From: Octopus sinensis
Lineage: Eukaryota
DNA: 64,000 nucleotides
Reading direction: 5' to 3'
NCBI RefSeq assembly: GCF_006345805.1
Contig: NC_043003.1
Location: forward strand, 64,976,001 to 65,040,000
A program made the translations under genes and the position numbers. This document shows positions 29,100 through 41,552 of the stretch, piece after piece. Position 1 is the stretch's first letter. Every line of letters begins with the position of its first letter. The notes under the pieces are model-generated. The model was not told the origin of the DNA. It worked only from the letters and a program-made list of their open reading frames with translations, and did no database searches.

Positions 29100-29342
29100 G
29101 TACAAAATGGGACAAGAACGCAAAACATCCAGACAGGGACAACAAAACATCCAGATAGACGATAGAAATGAAACAAGAGGGTCATTCGGAGTTTCCTTTC
29201 CTCAGTCTAGTTCCAGATTATCTTTGCAATTTCGGCTGGTTATACTCGAGATTGCTCCAATCAGGCCAGCCCCAAGGAAAAACTAAGCTAAGCGCATTAG
29301 ATTCCTTGGAATAAAGTAGCGAATGTATACGAAAACAAGGAT
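29100..29342 (-). mobile_element. PLE-like 3' terminal repeat
   Basis: Reverse complement aligns with 38970-39190 (tatacattcg...ttccaagg.atct.atgcgctt.gcttag.ttt.ccttgggg). Confidence 0.55.
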
Positions 29343-29650
29343 ATATGTCTGTGTGTGTGTGTGTATTATGAAGATATATTTTTTTTAATTCTGGAATATA
29401 AAGAGTTTATAAAAACAGAATTTTACAAGTGTTCAATTAAGTGCATCTTTTATCTTTTGCTTGCTTTAGTCATTGGGCTACGGCCATTCCTGGGAACGGC
29501 TTTTGTGTTCGAACAAATTGACCTCAGTACTTATTATCTTAAAGTCATGTACCTATTCTGTTAGTCACTTTTGCCGAAGCGCTACTTTACAGAGACACAA
29601 CCAAACCAACACTAGTTGACAAGCAGTGAAGGAGGGTTGACAAACACACG

Positions 29651-29730
<80 letters not shown>

Positions 29731-29849
29731 AATATTTGCATGTATGTATTTATGTATGTTATTGTACATCTGTATGTATGTATATACATGTTTATTGTAC
29801 ATCTGTATGTATATATATACATGTTTATACACCACATGCTTCCATACTG

Positions 29850-30030
29850 CAGTTGTCCTCCTCCTGCACAACTGCAGCAACACCCCACACGTACCCATCG
29901 ATGTTCGTGTGCAGCAACTGTACCAAGGACTGCCACTCTAGAATTGGACTGTTCAGTCACAGCAGACGCTGCACATCATCAAAGTAGGCCCCACCCTTGG
30001 CGCAACCCATTGTCTATCAAGACAGACGGG
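29850..30030 (+). mobile_element. RTE-clade LINE 3' end
   Basis: Terminal zinc finger FVCSNCTKDCHSRIGLFSHSRRC followed by a short 3' UTR (ccattgtctatcaagacagacgg). Confidence 0.8.
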
Positions 30031-30289
30031 GGGGAAAGAAAAGAAAAAGAAAAAGCTTCCATACAGTTTCCTTTTCGAAATTCATTCCCATGGCACTGGT
30101 ACACAAGGTGATGTGCACGTGGGGGCAAAGCAAGCCTTTTTAACCTCATAGCCATACCTGCGCCAAAAACCAAACGTAAATTTCCTTCTAATTTCTGTTT
30201 TAAAGAAGTACACAGCTCCGTAATTCACATGGAAACGTGAGATTTTCAGTTTTTATGAAATATAATTTTTTTCTTTAAATTCCCTAATA

Positions 30290-30705
30290 GGCGTAGGAGT
30301 GGCTATGTGGTAAGTAGCTTGCTTACCAACCACATGGTTCCGGGTTCTTCGACTATAGCCTCGGGCCGACCAAAGCCTTTTGAGTGGATTTGGTAGACGG
30401 ACACTGAAAGAAGCCCGTCGTATATGTGTGCGTGAGTGTGTGTTGTGTGTGTGTGTGCGTGTGTGTGTGCGTGTGTGTGAGTGTGTGTGTATGTGTCTGT
30501 GTTTGTTCCCCCCCAATATCGCTTGACACACCGATGCTGGTATCTCTACGTCCCCGTAACTTAGTCGTTCGGCAAAAGAGAACGATAGAATAAGTACTAG
30601 GCTTACAAAGAATAAGTCCTGGGGTCGATTTGCTCGACTAAAGGCGGTACTCCGGTATGGCCACAGTCAAAATGAGTGACACGAGTTAAAGTTTAAAGAG
30701 TAAAG
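30290..30705 (+). mobile_element. SINE family B, near full length
   Basis: ggcgtaggagtggctatgtggtaagtagc head, internal (GT)n and tail gtatggccacagtcaaaatga...aaagagtaaag. Confidence 0.85.
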
Positions 30706-30908
30706 TCAGTAATACTGCAAAAATTGGTCAAACTCTTTCTTTCAGTGCATTTGAATATTCTAGAATAAAGTCATGACAATTTTCATTAGTGGTGCTAACA
30801 ATTTCTATAAAAATTTAAAAACTATTGATTTTATTCCTGGTTTCCTTCTGTCAATCAAAACGAGATATTATTACTTTTTGAAATATGTATTGACATCGTT
30901 GAATGTAA

Positions 30909-31217
30909 ACATTATTTACATTATTTACATTTGACGGATATTTGTCCTCATCTTGTTTGTTGTTAACACAACGTTTCAGCTGATATACCCTCCAGCCTTC
31001 ATCAGGTGTCTTAGGGAAATTTCGAACCTGGGTTCTCATTCCTAAGGTATTTTTTGATGCTATCCTTCTTCTTCTTATCATCATCATCATCATCATCATT
31101 ATTATTATTACTATTATTATTATTATTATTATTATTCAGGTCACTGCTGGAATCGAACTCAGAATATTGGGATTAGTAGCCTGTGCTCTTAACCGATACA
31201 CCACATGTCCATGGGCA
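30909..31217 (-). mobile_element. tRNA-headed element with (TAA)n linker and hammerhead-bearing tail
   Basis: Minus strand: A-box-like TGGTGTATCGG, B-box GAGTTCGATTCC, (AAT/GAT)n, then the same tail as 23660-23801. Confidence 0.75.
30965..31010 (-). ncRNA. Minimal type I hammerhead ribozyme-like motif
   Basis: Minus strand: gacac-CTGATGA-a-ggctg/cagct-GAAA-cgtt-gtgtt; 5-bp stem I. Confidence 0.7.
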
Positions 31218-31710
31218 AAATGAGGACAAATATTCGTCAAGTGTAAATAATGTAAATAACGTACATAATTCCTCATCTATTAAATATAGAACTGTATTAA
31301 GTTTTACATCGAATAACCTTGTGTAATTGTTCTTTTATTGTCTTTAAGTACGGTCTGCATGAATATCCAAGTAAATTGTTAATACAATTATAAGATACTT
31401 CTGAAGAAAAGGTGGTAACGACCGGCGACTTGTACGAGTGATTGTACCAACGAACAGAATGTATTGACGTGCTCAAATTATTAAGAGTTGCAGGACTTGA
31501 GATCTTTTCAAACTTTATAATATATTTGTCGTGAATAAAAATAGATATGTCGTGAAGGGGTTAGTAGCGAAAATATATCGAAAACGTTGTCGCAGACATC
31601 CAGGAATTTTCTTAAAATTATTACTATGCGATCTCTTTAAACCAGCAAAATTGATAACCTGCAACGCAAGGCTCTGCAATAAGGGATACCAAAAAATTGG
31701 AATATATATA

Positions 31711-31741
<31 letters not shown>

Positions 31742-31748
31742 AGACAAG

Positions 31749-31799
<51 letters not shown>

Positions 31800-32564
31800 G
31801 ACAAGGAATGAGCAGATCCATGTCTCGTGTGTGTCTTTTCCGTTCGTTTCTTTGTAATGCTTCCGTTTAATTTTTGAAAGATATTATTCAATCAAACGCC
31901 ACACAACGTTCTTTTTGTCCCTCTGAATAGCAGTAATATCATGTGTGACGTTTCTTTCTTTCTATTTTCTGTCCTTCTTTCTCCTTCTTCTCTAAACAAC
32001 TTACCTCTTAGTTGCTTTCTGTCTTTCACCACTGACGTGTAACCATTCTCCTGTCTCTATCCTCTTCCTCCGCTTGATCTTTGACTCGTTCAGTCATGCT
32101 TCTCTTAGGCTCTTCCAACAGATGGTTTGTTTTTTCACCTTTCATTCTATTTTTTTCATCTCTACCTTCTGTTTTCAATCCTTTAGAACATTTTCTTTAT
32201 GCTACTCATACCCACTTCTATTTCTGTTTCAGAGCCGTACGAACTTTATTTTGTTTGCATATTGTGTATTTTATTTCTTTTGTATATTTATATTTGTACC
32301 ACTACTTGTTCTCGTTTCTTTTTATCCTTGTTCTCAACGTTCGCTCTCTATACTCAGCATTTTTTCACTGCTGACGCCACCAAAAAATGAACTATATTAT
32401 AATTAAAAGCGTGAAAAGGTAAGAATTTTTTGGACTATAACTGACGAGGAATGGGCACGTCCATATTTTCTGTGTGTATTTTCCGTTCCTTCTGTTGAAG
32501 TGCCTTGGTTTAAATGTTGAAACTCTTTCTCTCTCTCTCTCTCTCCCATCTCTCTCTCTCTCTC

Positions 32565-32610
<46 letters not shown>

Positions 32611-32755
32611 CTGTCTGGTCCTGTCTGTCTCTCTCTCTCTCCTCTCTCGCTCCTCTCCCTCTCCTCTCTCTCTCTCTATATATATATAATATATATACAT
32701 ACATACACACACACACATATATATGTATATCTATATCTATCTATCTATCTATCTG

Positions 32756-32808
<53 letters not shown>

Positions 32809-33298
32809 ATCTATATATATACATGCACACACACATATATATATGTAAAAAAAAATATATATGTTTATATATGAACGCACATCTATTTTTTACATAGATA
32901 GCTATATCTGGTTATATCTCTAACGGCTCATCTCTCACTCTCTCCCCCTCTCTCTATGTGTAAACGCACACACGCATTTTTTTCTTATCTAGCTATGCAT
33001 TTGTCTATCAGATGCGTTCCCTACAATCAACCAATACTTTGTCAAGGTGTGTGATAAGCTGAAATATTTGGACAGGTTTTTTTTGAAGAACTTCGCAAGC
33101 GCATCACCATTTCTGCCTTGCCTAAAAGTATCCGTCTTTCAAGTGACAGGAGACGAGATCAGACTTCAAAGTGTGAAGAGCTGATAGAAACACTGCAAGG
33201 TATTCCATCTGACTCCCTAGCAATTTTGACACTTCGCCACATAAATTTATATTAGTGTATGATATGCATGCATGTATGTATGTATGTATGTATGTATG

Positions 33299-33329
<31 letters not shown>

Positions 33330-34626
33330 TTATATGTGTATGTATATATTATAGTACATATATGTAATAGTATATATATATTTGCATACATATATATTGT
33401 TGTTGTGTATGTGTATATATATGCCATGATGCATAGGATATATATATATGTGTGTGTGTGTGTGTGTATGCACATTGACATATAGGTAAACATATATGTA
33501 TTTGTGTATGTGTGTGTGTGTGTACAGGCGCATATAGACACGAATATGTGAAAAAGGAAAATAGCTCGTAACATAATTAGTTAGAATTATAAGTATGTAA
33601 TAATGAGCTACCTATACAGCGATTAAATTTAATAAACATTGCTAATTTCATTTCTGCTCCGCATCCTTAAGGAAAAAGGAAGGAATCCTATACTTTGACG
33701 TACGTATGGAGAGCTGACCTTGTGTCATTTTACTCTGGTTGTTCTTAAAAAGAACGTACACGACATCACAGCCCATAAATACACGTATATATTTATCTGT
33801 GTATGGTCGCATGATACCCGTGTATGTTTATCTATGTATAGTCGCTTATCGATAAAATATGCATGTCAATCCGTCTTAATACCAATAAAATTGCGTTAGC
33901 GTACATGGATAATTTGAATATAAACCGGCCAAATCTTCATACATCGATCGAAAGCAAAGTATAATCAAGCCAATATCTTAGCATATTCCGAGGATTGCAT
34001 ATATACATGTATGAATGTGTCATATTGCTGAAGAAAGCATGGAGATAGTAAGACCGACAAATATGAATAAAAAAAGAGTTTAAAAAATACCAGCTATTTT
34101 GTGTGACTATGTTATCATTTAAAATATTCTCTATATATATCGTATGCATGCATGCGGGCACTTGTGTACGTATGTATACATGTATGATTATAGGTACGTA
34201 CATATGTATGCATGTATGTATGTATGTATGTATGTATGTATGTATGTATGTATGTATGTATGTATGTATGTATGTATGCATGTATGTATGTATGTTTGTA
34301 TGTATGTATGTTTGTATGTATGTAATGTATTTGTGTATACATGTATGTATGTGTATAGAACGAATTTTCTCAGATATCATATGCAAAAATGTCGAGTTTT
34401 TTCTTTTTGGATATTCTATTTCTGATCGTCTTCGTTATTTTATATATCATTTACATAGGAATAGCGCTGTCCATAGAATGGGCAAAGATATTAGATATTT
34501 TCTTTCCTGTTTTGGATCAATGAATCGAAACTTAGATTATATATATATTTTTTCTGTATACAAGCACAGGCAAATCCAGTAACATACGCATGTAAATGCA
34601 TAAGCATCAGTGTGTGTGTGTGTGCG

Positions 34627-34668
<42 letters not shown>

Positions 34669-34669
<1 letters not shown>

Positions 34670-35069
34670 TCTCTTTTACTCTTTTACTTGTTTCAGTCAT
34701 TTGACTGCGGCCATGCTGAGCACCGCCTCTAATCGAGCAACTCGACCCGGGACTTATTCTTTTTTGTAAGCCCAGTACTTATTCTGCCGGTCTCTTTTGC
34801 CGACCGCTAATTAACGGGGACATAAACACACCAGCATCGGTTGTCAAGCAATGCTAGGGGGACAAACACCGACACACAAACACACACGCATATATATATA
34901 TACATATATACGACGGGCTTCTTTCAGTTTCGTCTACCAAATCCACTCTCAAGGGTTTGGTCGGGCCGAGGCTATAGTAGAAGACACTTGCCCAAGGTGC
35001 CACGGATGTGGGACTGAACCCAGAACCATGTGGTTGGTAAACAAGCTACTTACCACACAGCCACTCCTG
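34669..35069 (-). mobile_element. SINE family B, full length
   Basis: Reverse complement has a tRNA-like head, CORE-like gcaccttgggcaagtgtctt and a (gtaaaaga)n tail. Confidence 0.88.
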
Positions 35070-35107
35070 TGTATATATATATATACACATTCATACATAT
35101 ATATAAA

Positions 35108-35662
35108 GGTTTAAGGACGGCATAAGGACTACTATGATGTCACTTGGAATGGATTCAGAGGACATAGAAACCCTTGCCTCGGATCGAGCTGGATGGTGAA
35201 CAAAAGTGTGGAGTTAGTGAAAGCGTTTGAAGAGGCCGGGATAAGCCATGCAAGACTCAAAAGAAATTTAAGGAAGAATGTTACGATCAAGAAGGCGAAT
35301 CACAATGACCTTTTTGTATGCCCAATTTGTGACAGACCATGCCTTTCTTTTGCTGGGCTCAAATTTCATTTGCGAACCCATGGAAAGTGAAACCACCACC
35401 AAGTATTCTGCCTATATGTCTGTGCACTTCTTTGAATGCAGTGTATGCCAGAATATCTGGAAATTTAACGGTGGCCTCAAAATGCATTTCAAGATCCACA
35501 AAGATCTGAACTTATCTGCAGCTCTTATTGGTCCAAATCGGATGTGCAATTTATGTGAGTGACTTTTCAGAACGTTGGTTTAAAAAGCCGTATCATATGC
35601 CATGATGGTTGCAAGGTATAGGTACGGGAGGTGGTGAAACTCTGTATAAGGAGTAGACAATC
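35108..35662 (+). mobile_element. RTE-clade LINE 3' fragment with three C2H2-like zinc fingers
   Basis: RFKDGIRTTM..ETLASDRAGW; CPICDRPCLSFAGLKFHLRTH; CSVCQNIWKFNGGLKMHFKIH; CNLCE..LKSRIICH; stops and frameshifts. Confidence 0.75.
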
Positions 35663-35756
35663 TTCTATTTACGGAGATGTACTTGGATAGCAAGTGACTT
35701 GATCTGAGATCGTGTGCTGGAACGAAAACAATTGCAGCGTGGAAGCAGCACGAAGC

Positions 35757-35807
35757 TTTGTCAGTGAACAGGTCGCGGTCTCAAAGCGACGAAAATATTT
35801 TGACAAA
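35757..35807 (+). ncRNA. Minimal type I hammerhead-like motif, G3:C8 core variant
   Basis: tttgtca-GTGAACA-g-gtcgc/gcgac-GAAA-atattt-tgacaaa: perfect 7-bp stem I, 5-bp stem II, palindromic AATATT stem III. Confidence 0.6.
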
Positions 35808-35959
35808 TTAAATTTAAATGTTGAAGTGAATCTAACGGTTTTGTGTGTTTCTTAAATGGCTTATAAACACCTTACACGCTGCAATTGTTATCTTTTATGT
35901 TTCAGTCATTTGACTGCGGTCAGCTGGAACGCCGTCTTTAGTCGAAGAAATCGCATGTG

Positions 35960-36350
35960 TAACCAACCATGAAGAACAAATCAGCAGTTTCAAGAAATAA
36001 AATACTAATACCGTTAACACGGCAACCACATTAACATTTAGAATATCACCAGCCCACTACACTACACTTTGAAAACAGTTTACCAACGGCCCTTCAGCAA
36101 TAACACGTCCTAATAAGCTCAGTGACTACTACTAAATTCAGGACACGACAGAGAGATAGGATGTTCTTGAAGCCGAGGATTTTAAACTTATGGAGATAAT
36201 ATTTACACATCGCCTGAAGAAACACAACTATATTTCATAATGCAGGTAAACAGTTCCATAAACAAGTACCCGTTGCGTGGAAGCAATTGTAGTGATTAAA
36301 AAATAAATGTCTAACCGTACCCCTTGTTGTTGACTCCGATTTTTTCAGTT
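35960..36350 (+). mobile_element. PLE-like 3' remnant ending in a hammerhead-like motif (36209-36296)
   Basis: atcgc-CTGAAGA-...caac/gttg...-GAAG-caattgta-gtgat. Confidence 0.45.
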
Positions 36351-36392
36351 GTCTATTCATACATGACAGATGTCCAAACACAAACCTGAAAG

Positions 36393-36423
<31 letters not shown>

Positions 36424-36454
36424 GTTTTATACTATACTCTAACAGGCTACACCA

Positions 36455-36494
<40 letters not shown>

Positions 36495-38445
36495 TGGTAT
36501 GTATGCATATATTTTTATTTATCTCCTTAGGTCTGACAGCGCCCCGCATCAGGTTCGTTCCGATTCGTCGTTTCGATCCACTTCTTGGTCCCCTTTTTTT
36601 ATATTAATATTATTATATTGAAGATGCGGTACTCTCTCCCTTTGCTTTAACCTCTTCAATCTTTCTCCCTCCCCCTCCTCCTCTCTCTTCGCCGCGTGTC
36701 CCCCCCCTCCTCCCTCTTCCTTGCCTATAAAACAAAATTCCTTTACACGTGGTTACCACTATTGAAAGACTGCCTCCACGCGCTGCTACTACACACTTCG
36801 TCCTTGCCAGCAAAAGGCTCTTCTTCGTTCGTCCCCTTGTGTGGTTAATTTCCTGTATAGTATTCTTGTTATTTTCTCGTTTTGTAACTAATTGTACTTT
36901 TTGTACATGTATTTTTATTTTTGCAGTTTTATTGTTTGTCTATGCCAGAAAAAAGGCTTTTTCGTTCGTCCTCTTGTGTTTGTTTTTGTACATGTATTTT
37001 AATTTGGCAGTCTTATTGTTACGTCTTGTTTGTGTTCGTACTCATTGTGCCCTGCGCTGCTTGAAATTTTATTTTAATTCTCTCGCAGGAAGGCCTATTG
37101 ATTAGTGTTCTGTTAGCCTTCGAAACATGCCTGACTCCTCTAGCGACAGCTGATGACGGGGGTTTTGTCCTTGTGTAACCTGTCCTGTATTTGGTTTTCG
37201 TTTTCCGTTTTCTTGTTTTTTGTTTTTTTGCTTTTCGTTTCTACTTCGTCTTATTGTGATGTCCTGTACTTCCGTATAATTATTTATATATGCATGTATA
37301 TATACATGTAGATGTAGGTACGTACATATATGGTTATGTATGCATATATTTTTATTTATCTCCTATATATATATATATATACATATATATGTATGTATGT
37401 ATGCATGTATGTATGTATGTATATATATGTATATTTGTTATACACTTATATGTAATGCAGGTCTACATTCTTTGCTTGAATCTAATAATGTACTGTAAAA
37501 GTTTTCTCTTCTGACGAAATTGTTAATGCAAAAAGCAGACTGACTGAAAAATAAAATAAAAGAAGTTACCAAAGATTTCTCCTATTCTCTTACTACAGCG
37601 CACATATAAAACTATGTGTGAGTGTAGCAGAATGCATTCTCCTTGGTTAAATTTTAATCCTACAACATAAATTCCTGTAGCTTTAATGGTTTATCAAAAA
37701 TCGGTTACGTATACTTTTAGACATACCCGACAGAGAAGAATTGAAGGCAAGTAGATATACTAGATGAGATAAGCAATTATATAGACTATAATATATGTGC
37801 GTATAGTTAATTAAATTTACATCATTCTATATGAAAAAGGGTATACTGACAAAATAACAAAATAACGTTTTTTTTTATAGAGAGCCGAGATGTTGATGAT
37901 ACGTGAATTTCGTGAACTCTTTCAAGAGATTTTTGCTTACCTTACCTCGGAAATCAAAGAGGAATTGGGGGTTAGAACTAACTCATGAAAAGCCAATTAT
38001 ATTGAATCGATATATTAGTTACATATAGATGAAGGATAATCCATTTATTGATTTAAAATATCAAACTACGTTTTTTACTGATACCTTGGTTTTAAAAAAT
38101 TATTTTACTATTACGTGTAAATAATTTTAAAACTTTTACAGAACACACACCACACAACACACACACACACACACACACACACCACACACACACACAAACA
38201 CACACACACACACACACACAACACACCACACAACACACACACACACCACACACAAGCACACACCACAAACACACACACATATATGTATAAGAATATATTC
38301 TATCTATTTATTATCTATATATAATATATATATATATATAAATATATAAGTTCAGCAAAATTTAGATTCAGATGAATATGGTACTTAAGTTAAAGGCACC
38401 AGAATTTGGTATGTTTTTATCCATATAAATCAAATGCTTATTTTG

Positions 38446-38477
<32 letters not shown>

Positions 38478-38516
38478 CATACATACAAACATACATACAT
38501 TCATATGTATATGTGC

Positions 38517-38564
<48 letters not shown>

Positions 38565-38689
38565 ATGTGCGTGTCTGTGTGTGTTCCCCCCCTCCTACGC
38601 TTCTCTACCTCTCATACCTCCACTCCCCTCGATCTGTCTCTTTCTTCTCCCCTGTTCACCTTCTCTCTCTCATCTGTCCCTTTCTCCTG

Positions 38690-39195
38690 TCTTTTGTCCT
38701 CACGTGACCAGCTAGCCACTGCTGGGCGGCCTTTTCGTATTCAGCAGTCGTTGAAGCAACACGTTTTTGTTTGTCTTCCGCGGCCATAAGGCACAACTCC
38801 ATAAGCCAGCCCCAACTCAACTCGTCCTGTCGAAAGACCCTTGTCCTACGTCCTGGTTTTGTTTTTTATCCTTACCTTTATTGTTTTTACGTTTTTGTAT
38901 TCTTATTCGTGCTTTCCTTATTGTTTTCACGTATTTCTGTATTTTTATTCGTGTACATCGTTCGTTTTCCGTCCTTGTGTTGTATACATTCGAGGCTTTC
39001 TTCCAAGGGATCTGATGCGCTTGGCTTAGATTTCCCTTGGGGGCTGCCCAGGTCGGGGCGGTCTCAAGATTGGTCGGCCGAGGTTGCGAGGATGGTCCGG
39101 TTCTTGACTGGTGGCTGAGGGCTTCGAATGTCCCGTCCTGTGGTTCTTGTGTCGTCTTCTGGGTGTTTCACGTTCTTGTCCCAGTTTGTATATAT
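38690..39195 (+). mobile_element. PLE-like interspersed repeat
   Basis: 3' part is homologous to the reverse complement of 29100-29342; similar layout at 36520-37300. Confidence 0.5.
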
Positions 39196-39225
39196 TTTTT
39201 ACTTTTTACACACACACCACACACA

Positions 39226-39272
<47 letters not shown>

Positions 39273-39299
39273 CTTTTTTCACCATGTGTAACTCGTAAA

Positions 39300-39690
39300 C
39301 ACCAGTCGTTTTTTTTCTCTATCCCTGTTGCCCGCTCTGGATCTTTCTTTCCTCTCTCTTCCTTCTTTATGTTTCCGACGAAGAGCTCCGCTCGAAACGT
39401 CATAATACTCCCTGCTTCCATTTCCTGAGCGCCTATTAATAATAATACTGTAATTGTTCCATTGTTGTTGTTTTTTTGTTTCCCGTTTGGATTAAAATTA
39501 TATATATATATATATATATATGTGTGTATCAGAGCCGTAACCCCACATGGATTGTTGGTGATTGTTTTCCTACTTTTTCTTTCTTTCCCTTTGGATTTTC
39601 CTGTTCTTTCTTGTTTCCGAAGATGATCTATGCTTGAAACGTAAAACAACTACTCTCTCTTTTTCTCTGTTATGCTGATGAGCATAACAC
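39300..39690 (+). mobile_element. Two tandem PLE-like short elements with hammerhead-like motifs (39371-39405, 39611-39649)
   Basis: gttt-CCGACGA-a-gagc/gctc-GAAA-cgtc and ttgttt-CCGAAGA-...-GAAA-cgta-aaacaa. Confidence 0.55.
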
Positions 39691-39854
39691 GTCATCCGGT
39701 TTGGGATCGCCATTTCAATTCCCAGACAGAGTGTGCGTTGTGGCCTTGATGGTCTCTTTACGTGTAGTACACTCTGCACCTGTCCAGGCAACGTTGGTTT
39801 GATGGAGAGAGAGTGAGCTAACGTACGGCACATACATTTTGCTCACTACTAGTA

Positions 39855-40150
39855 AGACTAGTACTTATTCGACCGGTCTGTTTTATCGAACCGCTTAGTT
39901 ATGTGGACGGACACAAACCAATACCGGTTGTCAAGCGATTGTGGGGACAAACACAGATTCACAAATGCACATACACACACACATATATATATTCGGTGGG
40001 ATTCTTACAGTTTCCGTCTACCTAATTCACTCACAAGGGTTTGGTCTACCCGAAGCAATAGTAGAAGACGTTTACCCAAGGTGCCACGCAGTGTGACAGA
40101 ACCCGGAATCATGTGTTTGGTAAGCAAGCTACATACCCATAGCCACTCTT
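39855..40150 (-). mobile_element. SINE family B, diverged
   Basis: cccaaggtgccacgcagtg...ggtaagcaagctac...agccactc. Confidence 0.75.
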
Positions 40151-40216
40151 ATACACACACACACACACATATATATAGACATATAATAATAATAATAATA
40201 ATAATTACATCTATAC

Positions 40217-40248
<32 letters not shown>

Positions 40249-40559
40249 CACACACACAACACACACAACCACACACAACATATATATATATATATATTAT
40301 ACACACACACACACACACACACACACCACATATATATATATATATATATATGCATATGTGGGAACAGGACGACATGAAACGTGTACAACAAAAGAGTACG
40401 AATCACGAGTCCATGGAGCATGAACACGTCTTTCGAACAACGGAAGACACAAATGGAACACAAATCAAACAACATAAAGAACGACTCTTCATCAGTTGCT
40501 GGCTGCTTTTCTAGTCTCGTATTTCAAGTCAAGCATTTAATATATATATATTTTCAATA

Positions 40560-41037
40560 TTTTCTCTCCTTCTTTCTGTGTTTTTCTCTCTCTGTGTATC
40601 TTTCTGTTGAAGAGCGTAGGCTCGAAACGTTAAAGACTTGTTTTATTTATATTTCCTGAGCGCCATACTAATACAATTGTTCGTTTGTTTTCCACTGCCT
40701 TCGTCTTTTGTTTATTTTCATAAAGCTTCCCGTTATATATATATATATATATTATATATATATATATATATATATGCGCGTCTGTGCGTGTGTTTGTGTA
40801 TGTATATATACATATTTATATATATGAATATACATATGTATATATAATCGTTAGCCTTTACACAAATTTTTCTCTCCTTGTTTCTCGCTTTGTTTTTTCT
40901 GTGTCCATTTCTGTAGAAGAGCGTAGGCTCGAAACGTAAAAGACTTTTTCTATTCCTGAGCGTTATATTAATACATCTGTTTGTTTTGTACACCACCTGA
41001 CTTCGTCTTTTGTTTTTTTCCGTAAACTCTCCCCATA
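40560..41037 (+). mobile_element. Two tandem PLE-like short elements with hammerhead-like motifs (40599-40636, 40908-40941)
   Basis: tcttt-CTGTTGA-a-gagc/gctc-GAAA-cgtt-aaaga and ttt-CTGTAGA-a-gagc/gctc-GAAA-cgta-aaa, separated by TA-rich microsatellite. Confidence 0.65.
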
Positions 41038-41512
41038 TATATATAGGTATGTGTATATATATATAGGTATGTATATATATATATATGTGTGTGTATGTAT
41101 GTATGTATATATGTATGCATGTGTGTATTTTTATATATATATATTTATATATACACGCATATTCATATATATGTTTACCGAGTACACATAATGAGTCTAT
41201 ACGCGTATGCGAGCTTGCGTTCTTCCTTTTTTCTTCTTTTTGATATATATGCATCCATTTTCTAACATACACTGTAAACACGGTACGCGTAAGGAGGCGT
41301 GGAGATACTTTATGGTTATTATGAGTTTCTGGTCATCTGGTCGCGTACTTATCTCATTGTTTCATCTGTCGGTGTAAACTATAATATATCGGTGTTGTTG
41401 TAGAGCGTTGAGATAGATGGAATGCAAAACGGAGTCGGTGAATGGAGCGAGAAATATACATATATACATATATGTATCTATGTATATATGTATATATATA
41501 TATATATATATA

Positions 41513-41548
<36 letters not shown>

Positions 41549-41552
<4 letters not shown>

